Shown one piece after another: positions 50,139-64,000 of a stretch of DNA of 64,000 nucleotides (position 1 is its first letter; every line of letters starts with the position of its first letter). Origin of the DNA: Mobula hypostoma (Eukaryota). The notes beneath the pieces were generated by a model that was not told where the DNA came from, searched no databases, and saw nothing but the letters and a program-made list of their open reading frames with translations. The position numbers and the translations under genes were made by a program. Location of the stretch: positions 58,530,001-58,594,000 of the forward strand of contig NC_086108.1 of NCBI RefSeq assembly GCF_963921235.1, given 5' to 3'.

Positions 50139-51019
50139 TGTTACGTAACCGGCAACAATGAATATCAATCGAAACAGGTTATATAAAAACAACCAAACAT
50201 TTATTAAACACGGATAAACAATAAAAAAAACGAAAACCTTAACCGGAAGTTAACTGCTATGCAGCCGTTCAACAAATCGTCACTCGGCACTGGTTCTTAA
50301 AGCGTTAAATGCAAAAACAGTTCTTAAAGCAGTAAAGTCAGATATAGTTCATAAAATGGTAAATTTGAAAGTCCAACAGATTTATACGTTCAATTGGGAG
50401 AGACTTCTCTGGAGAAGGATTTCTTCATAGACGTGACTTTCCTGCTGGTTCTGTCCAAAGGATTCACGATGCAGTAAATAAACAGTTTAAAACAACTGAC
50501 CTTAAATTCTAGAGAGAGCAAACCTTTGCATGAACTCATTGCTCTTTTGGCAAGAGTTGTCTTCGATGCAGGTCACTACTCCTTCAACAAAGACTCAATA
50601 AGGTCGATCTTTTGCTAAACTGCCGAATGATGCCAACTCCTCTCAATCCTTCAGTCCTGTACTTCGATAAAGTCATCACTCTCCCTTCTACTGCTGGAAT
50701 GGGGTAAATCAGCACATCTAGCTAAAAATTTCCAGTCCAATAACATTGCATCTTGCAACAGAACGCAACACTCTGTTTTAAAAATGAAACTGCGTCATAA
50801 AAACAAATACGCAACAGAATCAGAGACACAGCACGTTCTACCTGGAAATCTATAAACTAAAAACTAACTGCGTCATCTGGGGTTTACCCTTATATACCCG
50901 TGGTGCACATGTCATCACGTGACCTCACATCGGCAGGAAAATTACATCAGGAGACCTCCAAAAGACCATTACATCATTCTCACAAAAAAAAATCACAGAC
51001 ATCCTTGAGACATGTAACA
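50139..51019 (-). repeat. Gypsy 3' LTR
   Basis: TGTTAC...GTAACA; adjacent PPT (GGAGGGAGG on minus). Confidence 0.92.
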
Positions 51020-54000
51020 CCTCCCTCCAAAAAAAATTTGGTCTTTTGAAGAACAAACTTTTAACAATTAACAATTTACAAAAAAAAACAAAGGTATAAA
51101 ATTTACAACATGCACAATATATACAGTCTTATCTTTCAGCACTTTACAAACTAATGTACAGTAGGAGTGTTACAAATGTGAAAATACCACTCCAAAAAAA
51201 ACAAATTTTCATTGTACATTTAACATCTAGACAAACAATCAACGATCATATTATCTTTACCCTTAATGAGTGATCAAAATATTGTACTCCTGTAACATTA
51301 AACTGCATTATTAAATTGGAGTTTAATTTCTTTAACCATTTTCCTTAACAGTCACAGTGGCATGACCAAATTCACTTTTGGCTAATTTAATAGTTAAGTT
51401 AGCTTTTGAAAGTCTCTCACATAATTTCTCCACCGCAGTAATATGTGCTCTCCATGTATTATTTCCTGTAACTAAACCATCAATATAGGCATCTGTATCT
51501 TTTAATCCCTGAATCACACTATTAATCATCCTCTGAAAAGTACCTGGTGCATTCTTCATCCCAAATGGAAGAAAATTATATTCATATAACCCAGATGAGG
51601 TCACAAATGCTGAAATCTCTCTACCTCTATCCGTCAATGGAACACACCAATAACCTTTTAACAAATCAATTTTTGTAAGGAATTTGGCCTGTCCATCTTT
51701 ATCCACACAATCATCTACCCTAATGATTGGATATGCATCAGTTTTTGGCAAAGCATTCACCTTTCTGTAATCCGTACAAAACCTAATACTATGGTCTGGC
51801 TTAGGCACCATAACACACGGTGAAATCCAATTCGAATTAGAATGTCTAATAATATCATTCTCGAACATATACTTAATTTCTTGTTCAGCAAGTTCACATT
51901 TTTCCCTGTTCATTCGATACGGATGTTGTTTTATGGGTTTTGCATCTCCGACATCTACATCATGTGTAACTATGTGGTTCTTCCAGGGACGTCTGGAAAT
52001 AAATCTCTATATTTAAAAAAATAACTGTTTCATCTGCTCTGGCTGTAAATGAGCTAATTTTTCATCAATATGTTCTAGAATTTTTGAATTTGGTAACCTG
52101 GCTGAAATAATGTTGGGATTAAAATGAGTTTCAGATGAATCCTCCACTAAGTTTTTATCAAGATCAGACTCATTATTGATCACAACAGTCATAGTAGCAG
52201 CTTCTCTCTCATAATATGGTTTTATCATACTTAGATGACACAGCTGTGTTGTCTTTCTCCGATCTGGGGTTTTTACCAGGTAATCTACATCATTTACCTT
52301 AGATTTAAGCTCATAAGGACCATGAAATTTGGCTTGTAATAAGTTCGTTTGCACTGGGAAAAGAACCAACACCTTATCTCCAGGCTTAAATGACCTCATC
52401 CTAGCTTCCTTATCATACCAAGTCTTCATCTTCTCTTGAGCTAATTTTAAATTTTCCTTGGCCAAACTACAAGCTTTATAGAATCTTTAAATTTTAAAAC
52501 ATTATCTAGCAAATTAGTGTGTACTTCTTTATTAATCCACTGTTCCTTCAACAAGGCCAAAGGTCCTCGAACTCTATGCCCATACACAAGTTCAAAAGGA
52601 CTGAAACCTAATGATTCCTATACTGCCTCCCTTACTGCAAAAAAGTAGTAAATGTATACCTTCATCCCAGTCCTTTTCATTTTCCACACAATATGTCCTA
52701 ATCAGAGTTTTTAGTGTAGAATGAAATCTCTCCAAGGCTCCTTGTGATTCTGGATGATAGGCTGAGGAAATCATCTGTTTTGCTCCCAGTTTATAAACTA
52801 TCTGCTGAAATAACCCCGACATAAAATTACTACCTTGATCCAATTGTATTTCTGTAGGCAACCCAAAGTAAGTAAAGAATTTTATAAGAGCCTTTGTAAC
52901 AGTTTTGGCTGTTATATTCCTAAGAGGTACTGCCTCTGGAAACCTAGACACTGTGCACATAATAGTTAATAAATATCGATGTCCAGTTTTAGTTTTTGGC
53001 AAAGGACCTACACAGTCTACAATGATTTTTGAGAATGGCTCACCGAATACTGGAATTGGTTGCAGTGGGGCCACTGGAGTAACCTGATTAGGTTTACCCA
53101 CAATTTGACACTTATGACATGTTCTACAAAATGTCATCATATCTTGTCTTAAACTAGGCCAATAAAAATGTTTAGAAACTTTGTTCATAGTTTTCTTTAC
53201 ACCTAAATGACACCCAAAGGAATACTATGAGCCATAGTTAAAATCTCATTTCGGTAAATTTTAGGAACTACTACCTGATGATTAACTTCCCATTCCTCAC
53301 TAGCAGGAATTGTAGGTGATCTCCACTTTCTCAGTAATACTCCCTTTTCAAAATAATATCCTACTGGTACTTTTCCAATTTCACTATCTGGAAGAGCTTG
53401 TTCTTTTAATTTAACTATCTCAGGATCTCTACCCTGCTCTGCTATCATCTCCTTCCGAGATAAAGACAAATCTTCCTAGACAGACTTACCACCAAAATCC
53501 TGATCAAATGTAGGTAAGAAAGTTTCTGATACATCCTCAAAATTCAAATCTTGATTTGAACTGTCATGGGTAACAACCTCATCCTTTACATCAGTCTTTT
53601 TAGCCATAGCTCTTGTTACAACATAGGAAGAATCTGTGTTAGAATCCCTCTGTGGTTCCTCAGAATTTGAATTTATTGTCAAATGCACTTCAGGAAAAAC
53701 TTGTCCACCTGCTAAATCATTCCCTAACAAAAGAGAAACATCATTCACAGGTAAACTGGATTGTAATCCTACTTTAACAACCCCTGTAACTAATCCTGAC
53801 CTTAAATTTACTCTGTGTAAGTGTACTGGCATAAGGGCACTCCCAACTCCTCCTATATAATTTACCTCACCAATGTCAGACTCATCACTAAACCTTAACA
53901 CAGTATCTAATATTAGTGATTGTGAAGCTCCAGTATCTCTAAGTATCCTTATCGGTACTGCATTGGATCCTTTGTTCAAGGATACAAATCCTTCTGTTAT

Positions 54001-54190
54001 AAAAGTTTCATATCCCTTCTTAACTTGGTCAGACTCAGACACATCTTCATTACTATTTTCTGAACCCTGTGGCTTTACAGGTTTTTCAATATGCTGCACA
54101 CAAGCATCTGGGACTACTCTTTCTCTTTCCCTTTCAATCGAAAGTAATTAGCTACTACATGTCCAGGTTTCTTACAATAATTACAAATAA

Positions 54191-54697
54191 ATTTTGTATT
54201 GTTGAGTCTGTGGTGGCCAGTGCTATCATGTTTGCTGTTGTGTGCTGGGGCAGCAGGCTGAGGGTAGCAGACACTAACAGAATCAACAAACTTATTCGTA
54301 AGGCCAGTGATGTTGTGGGGATGGAACTGGACTCTCTGACGGTGGTGTCTGAAAAGAAGATGCTGTCTAAGTTGCATGCCATCTTGGTCAATGTCTCCCA
54401 TCCACTACATAATGTACTGGTTGGGCACAGGAGTACATTCAGCCAGAGACTCAGTCCTCCAAGATGCAGCACAGAGTGTCATAGGAAGTCATTCCTGCCT
54501 GTGGCCATCAAACTTTACAACTCCTCCCTTGGAGGGTCAGACACCCTGAGCCAATAGGCTGGTCCTGGACTTATTTCATAATTTACATATTACTATTTAA
54601 CTATTTATGGTTCTATTACTATTTATTATTTATGGTACAACTGTAACGAAAACCAATTTCCCCGGGATCAATAAAGTATGACTATGACTATGACTAC
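54191..54697 (+). mobile_element. Rex1/Babar 3' fragment nested in Gypsy gag
   Basis: ESVVASAIMFAVVCWG, RKSFLPVAIKLYN; (GACTAT)n tail; removing it restores HFGIICNYC in the Gypsy frame. Confidence 0.9.
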
Positions 54698-55933
54698 TAT
54701 AATACCAAAATGTCTTTCCTTCACATGTCTCCCTTCATCCTTATTTTTCTCACTAACTTCAGGTTTAATTTCTGATTTACCTTGACTCTCTGTGCTATTT
54801 TTCCTTTTAAGAGTTTTACCTGGAGAAAATTTATTCTTGTGAATTAAAACATACTCATCAGCTAGTTTAGCAATCTCCTGCAATGTAGCAATGTTCATTT
54901 AGGTATGTTCTCACTTCAACAAGAATGCTTCTTTTAAATTCCTCCTGCAAAATCAACTCTTTTAATTTATTATACTCCCCATTCACATTTTTAGAGGAAA
55001 CCCATCTCTCAAAACACACAGATTTCTCATAGGCAAATTCCACATAAGTTTTTTCCACCGATTTCTTCAAATTTCTGTATCTTTCTCTATACGCTTCTGG
55101 AACCATCTCATATGCCTTTAAAATATGCTGCTTAACAATATCATAATCCAGTGCTTGCTCAGCATTTAAAGCTGTATAAACTTGTTGTGCCTTGCCTTTA
55201 ATTACACTTTCTAACATCACTGGCCATTGCTCTTTCGGCCACTTTAAACTCAGAACAAAGGTTTCGAAATGCTGGAAATATTTGTCCACTTCAGCTTCAT
55301 TAAATGGAGGAGCCAAAATAACCTCACGACTTGCAATAAACTGTTTCGTAGAACCAGAAGACTGATTCCCGGACTTTAATTTCTGCATCTCTAGCTCAAA
55401 TTTCCTCTGATTTTCAGCTTCTCTTTCTGCAAATTCTCTTTTTTTATGAGCCTCTCTTTCTTCAAATTCCCTTTTTTTTATTAGCCTCCCAAGCCTCGAA
55501 TTCCTGTTTACTTACAGCTTCTAACCGACTCTTTTCCAAATCAGCTTCTAATTGCTTTAACTTTATTTGTTCAAGATGTAACTGCATTTCCAGCTTACTC
55601 ATTGGAAACTTATCTAACACCTCCTCATCAAACAATTTCAAAGTAATATAATGCTCAGCAATTTTTCTTTGTATAAAAGCCTTGGTGGAATTCTTCATAA
55701 TTCCTTTAATATCCAACTTCCTAGCAATCTCCAATACCTCAGGTTTTCTCGCATTCACTAAAGACCCCGAGTTAGGCGTGTCCAAAAACCCATCAATATC
55801 CACTGCTGCTGCATACTATTCACACCAATCAAACCAAAAAAAAAATCGGATATTTCCCTTTTCCAAATCAAAATGGCAATTACCAGCACTTAAACTCAAA
55901 ATCGGAACATCTCCCATGAGCCCCCACAGATTA

Positions 55934-56814
55934 TGTTACGTAACTGGCAACAATGAATATCAATCGAAACAGGTTGTATAAAAACAACCAAACATTTATT
56001 AAACATGGATAAACGATTAAAAAAATGAAAACCTTAACCGGAAGTTAACCACTATGCAGCCGTTCAACAAATCGTCACTCGGCACTGGTTCTTAAAGCGT
56101 TAAATGCGAAAACAGTTCTTAAAGTGGTAAAGTCAGATATAGTTCATACAATGGTAAATTTGAAAGTCCAACAGATTTATACATTCAATTGGGAGAGACT
56201 TCTCTGGAGAAGGATTTCTTCATAGACACGACTTTCCTGCTGGTTCTGTCCAAAGGATTCACGATGCAGTAAATAAACAGTTTAAAACAACTGACCTTAA
56301 GTTCTAGAGAGAGCAAACCTTTGCATGAACTCATTGCTCTTTTGGCAAGAGTTATCTTTGATGCAGGTTGCTACTCCTTCAACGAAGACTCAATAAGGTC
56401 GATCCTTTGTTAAACTGCTGAACGATGCCGACTCCTCTCAATCCTTCAGTCCTGTACTTCGATAAAGTCTTCACTCTCCCTTCTACTGCTGGAATAGGGT
56501 AAATCAGCACATCTAGTTAAAAATTTCCAGTCCAATAATATTGTATCTTGCAACAGAATGCAACACTCCATTTTAAAAATGAAACTGCATCATCAAAACA
56601 AATACGCAACAGAAACGGAGACACAGCGCGTTCTACCTGGAAATTTACAAACTAAAAACTAACTGCATCATCTGGGGTCTACCCTTATATAACCATGGTG
56701 CACATATCATCACGTGACCTCACATCGGCGGGAAAATTACATCAGGTGACCTCCAAAAGACCATTACATCATTCTCACAAAAAAAAATCACAGATCTCCT
56801 TGGGGCATGTAAGA
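55934..56814 (-). repeat. Gypsy 5' LTR
   Basis: Colinear with 50139-51019; adjacent TGGGGGCTC on minus resembles a tRNA-Pro primer-binding site. Confidence 0.92.
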
Positions 56815-58946
56815 AGTGAACGCGTTAGTCTTTGTGCCCTTCATGTCTCTTGATGGCTTTTCTTCAGTAGGCTTCAAGGCATGAAAGGATGTTACAGGAT
56901 TGCATGCGATTTCTGCTTCTAATGCCACAAAATCAGCAAGCTCCTTGAAATCAGGGAATTCCTCCATTTGTCACAACTGCTTTGTGACATGACGATTCCA
57001 GTGAGAGGTCACCCGATCAGCGAGTTTTTGGAATACCTTTTGATTCTCTTCATAGTCATTTAACACCTGAAGCCCTTTGATATATGGCATGGCATTGCTG
57101 CAGGCTGTCAGAAAATCACCGAATTGACTCAGTTCAACTGACTCCCTTGATCCAATCTTTGTCCAGTTATTCAGTTTTTCTCTAAATGCGCGCTGGATTA
57201 CGAAGGGGTGGCCATACTGAGCATTCAAAGACTCCCATGCCTGGTCGTCAGCTTCATCATCCTTTCTGTAGAAGCTTCCTTCTAATACAGATCCTGCCTC
57301 ACCACTGATGTATTTTTGTAGGTAGAACAATCTGTCAGCTGGATTTGTGCTTCGCCGTTCTATCAATGCCTTAAAACTTGTGCTCCACTCTAAGAACCTA
57401 AGTGGGTCCCCTGACAAGACTGAGGACGCAGGTGTAGGGAGATTGGGGAGAACCATTGGGTCATGTAGGGTTTGAACTAACGATGCTTCATTGTTAGTAC
57501 TGTTTGTTTGTTCATTGTTATTGTTCTTACATTTTTGTCCCCCTTTAATTTCTTTATAAGGTATTGGAAGACAATTAGACAGCTCACTGCTTGCTGTTCT
57601 ACTTTCCTCCAAGGCCTCACCTGAGTCAGCTTCAGAGTAAGCGTTAAGCTTTGTGGCTATTACTTGAAGATCTCTCTGACCTTCCAGTCTTTTAAGTTCT
57701 TGCCCTTGTACAGCAATAGCCTCCTCCATCTCCATTTAAACCCGCTTTGCAGCAAACTGTGCAGCACACTCCACTCTTTTTGCTGTAATGGTTTGCTGTT
57801 CTGATAATCAGCTTGAGTGGTGGCTACGAGCAGTGGATTTGGAGATTGTAGTCCCAAATATCGACTGGGCATACTCTGTATCCAGCACCATACGAAGCCT
57901 TGCATTTTCTGCCTTAGCATCAAACTCCTCTTGCCCCACTTCACTCATACATACTTTCATTAGCCCCATCAAATCTGACGTTACTGCTGTGCAGGAATCC
58001 ATCTTTCTTCTAATCTCAGTGGAAGGTGCCGACTGGGATCGTATGTTTTCATACACATCTTTCACTTGTGTCTCCAGCCCTTCAACAGCATCCATCATGT
58101 CACATAAGTCTTGGTCGGAGCTCTCATCCTTAAGTTTGGTATGTGTAGCTCTAAAGTGTATTCTGTCCAGCTTTCATATAGCTTGATGAGTTTACTCTCC
58201 CTCCGAGAAGCCTCTTGTTGCTTACGTTCCAGCATTTTTGGGGTTAACTTTCTTTCCCGTGAAGATTTCCGAGGTTCGATTCTCCTTGAAGTGGCATTGA
58301 ACATGTTTTAGAAAACGAAACACTGTATCTATCACCAAGTTATTACTGAGTATGCATATAACCCTTTGCAATATAAGTACAAATATTTGGTAACCGTTTG
58401 CTCAATAAACCTTCTAATACTCCTTTGATTATGCGTTTGAACTCTCAGATCAAAAACACCATTAGAACATTCATAACGATGCCACTAATAAAGCAAGAAC
58501 AACAATTAGGCTATAATGATAAATCAACTACTATTCTCATCAATAAACCAGTATTTTAACAAGCATTTTTCAAATTTTACGTATGTTCATAAGGTGGTAA
58601 AGATAGCACAGTCAAACCTGACGCTGTCTGCAGAGCCGCACTTTTCTGCCTGAAGACAGCAAGGGAATGAAACAGACACTGCACTCTGAAGCCTGTAGAG
58701 AGGATATTTGCAAGGCTGTAGCCTGTGCTGGTAAACGTTTCTCTCTCTTGGTGAAATCACAGTATTCTCAACCCGATAGTGTCAGGAGCCAACACTCCTG
58801 TTTTCTCCCAAGAATGGACAAACCTTTTCTCCAACGACTTCTCCGGCCACCCGCTGCTCCAGTGATCGTGCTTCCTCCTCTCTTCTTCCCAGACACATGG
58901 CGCTTCTTACTTTGAACTCTCGGCCACGTTGGCTGCGCGTTTTCAC

Positions 58947-59506
58947 CGCAACTGCACCGGTCCAATGAAATACTGGCCACGCAACATACAGATGTCCTTG
59001 AAGATTTATTTTTATTTCTCTCTCTCTTCAGTAGACACCATGAAAACTACAAGAAAATAAAAGTCATCAGAGGTTTGAAACATACATCTCTCAGTCTTTT
59101 GAAGTCTGTCAAGCTAGTGTCCGCCAATAAACAGGCCCAAACATGTTAGCACATCAGAAGTGTGCTGCAAATAAATCACTAAAAATGTATCACACTGTTC
59201 ATATAAAGGCACCTCAACAAGATTACATAAAACAAATTTGAAAAAAAACAATTACCATGTGCACCTCTTGGACCACATGCAGAATGAGGTTATTTTAGGG
59301 CCACGTGTCTTTCTCTGCTTCCATGTTGGTTCTGACCCATAATACCACAGTCCTGCTTTTATCAAACTCTGATCATGTGACCTGTTAACTCTGGTCATGT
59401 GACCCATTAAACACTACATTAAATAAACCTTACATAAAATATTTTAAGGTGATAAAATAATCATGAATTTATGACAAAAACATATAGACAAACATCTCAA
59501 TGAAAC
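58947..59506 (-). repeat. BEL 5' LTR, outer end truncated
   Basis: Colinear with 45971-46512; the last ~20 bp are missing, so no TSD can be recovered. Confidence 0.88.
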
Positions 59507-61005
59507 CTGGTAGATTTGATTGTAAATAGCACATTTATCAATGTCATCAACTGATTAGAGCAAGCACCTAGCCATCGGTGGGTGAATAAATGTTCTAATG
59601 AGGCTTTACAAAAAGCAGAATAGGGCAGAGTTCATCAAGAGAGCAATTTACTGAGCATGTTGTTGTTGCTGACTGATATCCAAAGTGTTTGATAAGCATT
59701 AATTAAAATTGTATAATAGGTGGCTTTTAAAAACTGCTACTTTTATCCAATATAATTGGAAACATCTTGAATTTCTGGAAATATTATGCATTTTATATAT
59801 CAATGTGGTAGCCAATTAAATTTAGACCTGATGTAAACTAGATTGGCTACATCCCTCTTCAGAATTGTACTTCACTAACAGCAGCATGAAGTTATAGAGA
59901 CATCAGTTAGCACTGTGTCTGTCATTAGCAGTAATCGATTTCAAATGCTAAACCCAATGATGCCTTTAGGCATATTCTATTGTTTACTGCTGGCAGGCTG
60001 AGATATTTTTGTTAGCCATTCACTAGCTACATGATCTATTTCAGTAAAACAGAACACTTTTCCCCGTCTTTAATTAACCTGTCCGCATCACTATCTGGTG
60101 CACATTCACACTTATCTATGACAAAGGATTTGTTTGGATTGCCAGCATCAAACTATGATAAATTCAAATTTAGCTTGATGATAGCCACTGGTTTTCATCA
60201 ATTTTACACTCCTCCATCTTGACAGATTATATGAAATAACTTGTTCATACTTGATGGGAAATGTTGAAGCTAGCATATTTCTCCTGCATAGAGCATTTAT
60301 CAGTGGACAGTCACTATCGGGTGATTTCTGTAGCACATGTGGATGTGGAGTAAATGGAACAGTTTTAGAGGGAGAATTGTTGCACTTACCCATGCTGTAA
60401 CTAACCTGAGAGCTCCTGACACAGACAAGAGTTCTGTAACTGACTGTTATATGCCTTGTCTGTGTATATTTTAAACCATTTATCTGATTAATGATAATAA
60501 AAGTGTTTTACAAAACTGAAAAACAAAAATATTCAATAAAGTACTTGGATCATATTACTTCATTTTATATTCCCCTCAACCTTCTTCTTCTTTTTCCCTA
60601 AGCTCTCCATATAAATTTTGTTATTTAATTTGCTACTAATGCAGTGATGAGAATCAATATTAAATCCATTATGCCAAATATGAGCTAAATATGAGCCCAG
60701 TATCAAAACAATCAGAAATCTTATCTGGATATGTTTCCTGTCTTTTTAAAATCTTGGTTACTTAACAGGGAGATTAAGATAAATAACGGAGATTTTACCA
60801 CAGATATTCCAGGTATTGTGTGTGTTTTGTAATGTATAAGGAACAAATATTCATTTACCTCATGGGTATCATTTCAGATATCAAAGGCACAAGGGTGAAA
60901 AAGTGATGGTGATATTTTTACCTAACCCTATATATCACAAGATTTCCAAATTCTTATAATCCTCTCAGCACAGAAACTCTTGTAGCATTTAATCTTACAT
61001 GAATG

Positions 61006-61882
61006 TGTTACGTACCCCGTAACTGGGTTGCCAAACCAGCAGAAATGGATCACTCAGTTGGAGTCTGGATTACTAGAACTAAGAAAGTTTTATTAAAGAA
61101 ACAAGCAACACAGTACTCTAATCAAAAGGATAATGAATGCAACAGTTCAGCAATGATAGACATACATGTACCAGAATTAAGATAACAGGATCAATCAAAC
61201 TCTATCGTTGTCTAGGGGTAAATGACCAGTTTCAAAGTGACGCAAAGTTCAGTTCAGTTTGCAGTAATCGCTGCCGTGGCGATGGACAGTGGGGGGAAGG
61301 AGAGAGAGAGCAAAACGAATGAATATTCAAAACGGCTTCCACACAGACCTTCGCAGTCAGCTTTCGGGCGAGTCCTTTGTGATGTCATCTGAGGTCACCG
61401 ACCGTGGCCCCTCCGTTTCCAGATACGATCATTTCTCTGCGGTGAACCTGGCACCCAGGCAAGGGTGGACACACACCAGGTTCCCGCCGATTGTGCCTTT
61501 CCACCCTGAGCGTCTATGGCTTGATCCCGCGATCAGCCGTCCAAGAACTTCCCACTGGCTTGTGGGAGACACACTGCTTCCAGGGTCTCGTTACCTCGTG
61601 GTGTCGTGTGTGTGCTGCCTTAGCGAACCTGTCCCTTTTTATCCCCCTGCTGGGTTATCGCCTGTCCATCACTTCAAACAGTTCAGGGTTCAAAGGGGGA
61701 GCCGCTCTTGACAGCTCTCCTTCTGTTACTCTCTCTCCCGTCCCTTCATTAACATCTCCAAATGCTGCTCCATTGTTTTCCTTATCTCTCTCTCTCCTGA
61801 AGACAGGTGGCAGACCAACTGCTGATCCCACTGGTGCCAGCACAGGACAGCTACATCTTAATCTATGTGTACTCTTGTCACA
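61006..61882. mobile_element. Solo LTR (Gypsy-type)
   Basis: TGTTAC...GTCACA termini with an exact 4-bp TSD AATG at 61002-61005 and 61883-61886. Confidence 0.88.
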
Positions 61883-63419
61883 AATGATAAAAAGCAAACC
61901 ATCTATGTGGAATGTAAATACAGAACAAGGTCATTCATCTGAAAGTAGTTTTATGAGTTAATATAAACATGATATTTTATAACAAACGTAAGGAAAAGAT
62001 GCATGGAAATTCATAATGTCATGAACAATGAGTAATTTTTCAATGCTTTAAAGGTTATTAACTGAAACCAATTTTAAAAATACTGTATATATTTTGCTTT
62101 GTTTTTATCAGATTTTATACATAGTATCTAAAGAGAGATTAAAGGTCCTGTCTGCTTAATCTCTTTCATAAGGCAGATCCACCGTATGAGGAATTGATGG
62201 ATGAACCAAGATTGTGCTGTTCCCATCACACATTAAACTATTGATCAGGAGACCAGACCTGTACACACTATTCCTGATATAATTTCAACTGGGGTCTGTA
62301 TAATTGGAGCCATATATCTTCAATCTGGTGGTAAAGAATGACATACTATCTTATTTTTGTAATTGCTCGGTGTTCATACAAGCTAAATGATTCATGTACA
62401 AGGACAGCAGGTCTCTCTCTCAGAGTCAGCATCTTTTAATTAAAAATTTAATTTAATCTTGCCTTTATTTCATATTGTAGTTGATCTCTCATTTTTCACC
62501 TGCTGTGTTCTTACCTATTCACATAGCTTGCTGATGTCCCTTTTTAAAGCTTTCTTCATTCTGCTTTAGTCCACAATGTCAATTATTTTATTATGAGCAT
62601 ATCTGGAGCCTAAGAACAGATCCCTGTGGTATCTCACTTCCAATCCAAAAACCACATATTTCTATTCCTTTTTTATGCATTACGCAACCTTCAAAGTGCA
62701 CCAGAATATCAGCACATAATTCTAATTTTGCTTAATGACTGCTTGCGTAGCACCATTCTGAAAGTCGAAATCTGCCACAATTGGCTTATCTCTACTCTTT
62801 CTAGAGTCACACCAGCACTTGGTCCAAGTATTCCCTGATATTCTTGCACATCAGTTGGTGGAGCTCAGCACTAAACTCAACAAATATGTCATAGAGCAAG
62901 GTCCCTTGAACTCAAAGTGGTACTGGCATTTTTGAACAATCTTGCTTCTTCGTCTCTACTGTTGACACCAGTGATGCTGAGCTCACTGGTAAATTCAGGA
63001 AAACACCAGGAACTTTAGTCTTTGGCAGGATAGGGCCTGGAGAAAGGCTGAACTGCAACAAATCCTACTTATCGGCCGTGCGTTTTATTTATTCCATTAA
63101 AGTTTTGAAATATGAAAAATCCACACAAAACATATTGAGATACAAACAAGTTCCTTACCAGCTACTTGTCAAACATTGCAAAGGCCGGGTGCCAAACATG
63201 GAAATATTACATCATGTTTCTTTGCCATTCCTGGAGTATTGATTATCAAGAAAGGACTCCATTCTGGTCAGTGTGGAACTCCATGCACAACTCCTATTGT
63301 AAAGCAACCTCAAGCTGGAGCAAGGCTTGGGTTGACAAACAACAGGTGATATTTACTTTGGATTAATGCAGCATCAAAAACACTCAGAGCCCAGCTGCTG
63401 TTGTGCTCCTTTCCTTTCC

Positions 63420-63515
63420 TGTCCCGATACCTGTAAAGGGTTTCCGCCCAAAACTATAACTGTTTACTCCTCTCCAGAGATGCTCTCTGAGTTCTTCCAG
63501 TACTTAGAGCAAGTT
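63420..63515 (+). mobile_element. Decayed Penelope terminus / hammerhead remnant
   Basis: CCTGTAAAGGGTTTCCGCCCAAAAC...GATGCT...CTGAGTTCTTCCAG parallels the intact termini. Confidence 0.5.
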
Positions 63516-64000
63516 GCATAATTTCTCTGGTAATTTTAGTGTATAATGCAGCCATACCTGTACAATGAAGTTCAGCACCTCAGGAAGGATACCGCATGAT
63601 TATCTCTTGAGATCACTATGACAATAGAATAGTACAGCAGTACATTTTAGTTACTACCCAAATGCATGTCTTCATGGTATGAAAAGACTTCATATTACTT
63701 TCATTGCTTTGTGCCTTAATCCCATGGTCCTTTCCAAGGCTAAGTGTTGTGAGCAGTATATCAAGATGAAGTGACTCCATACAGCTCTCGCAGAGTCACT
63801 AGTGATGGGCAATAAATGTCATGCCAGGCTCAGCCAAATAATACCCTCTAAGAAAGACGGGAGGATCTATTTGCAGGGAAAAGAAATTGGAAGAGTAGGA
63901 AGAGAAAAAGAATAGTGAAAAATATGGGACAGGATAACTGAATTAGACGTTTAGATTACATTGGATTATTGCTCCTTGATTGTTCTTGTGCTGGTGGGGA

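Larger units (their letters stand above)
50139..56814 (-). mobile_element. Gmr1-like Gypsy LTR retrotransposon nested in BEL gag
   Basis: Gag with SCAN-like capsid region, CNYCKKPGH knuckle, LRDTGASQS protease, integrase (IVDCVGP, DQGSNF, YHPESQGALER) upstream of RT (FCTDYRKVN, IDLLKGYW, LPFGMKNAP, AYIDG); ~880-bp LTRs. Confidence 0.94.
45971..59506 (-). mobile_element. BEL/Pao LTR retrotransposon, decayed, RT/RNase H absent, with nested insertions
   Basis: Gag (56971-58300; CFGCLRRGH and CGICKKHH knuckles), protease YALLDTQSS, integrase (GMDCSGP, DQGTNF, HMGGVWER, ERPIHKLVVL), and two matching LTRs. Confidence 0.93.

Noticed and set aside
50135..56818. TSD of the nested Gypsy element
   Set aside because: Flanks AATA versus AGTG differ at two of four bases, so it is not claimed as a TSD.

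Overview
AT-rich vertebrate genomic DNA. The repeat families suggest a cartilaginous fish (ray or shark); this is inference only. The first ~12 kb holds the last five coding exons of a cystathionine gamma-lyase (CTH) gene on the + strand, with canonical GT-AG sites and a continuous reading frame. The rest is transposon-dense: L1/Tx1, RTE, CR1, Rex1/Babar and Penelope-like retroelements; hAT, Harbinger, Tigger and Tc1 DNA transposons; a BEL/Pao LTR element carrying a nested Gmr1-like Gypsy element; and solo LTRs. The most notable signals are: (i) eight copies of a minimal hammerhead ribozyme in Penelope termini, including ~100-130 bp TSD-flanked mini-insertions, one beginning exactly at the predicted cleavage site and one in sense orientation just after the CTH stop codon; (ii) an 11.5-copy array of a 42-45 nt piece of Penelope RT coding sequence with ragged junctions, which looks like reiterative, telomerase-like reverse transcription; (iii) a BEL element whose RT/RNase H is replaced by coiled-coil-coding sequence; (iv) a near-identical 1.35 kb local duplication. 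All coordinates were counted by hand, and TE boundaries lacking TSDs are approximate.
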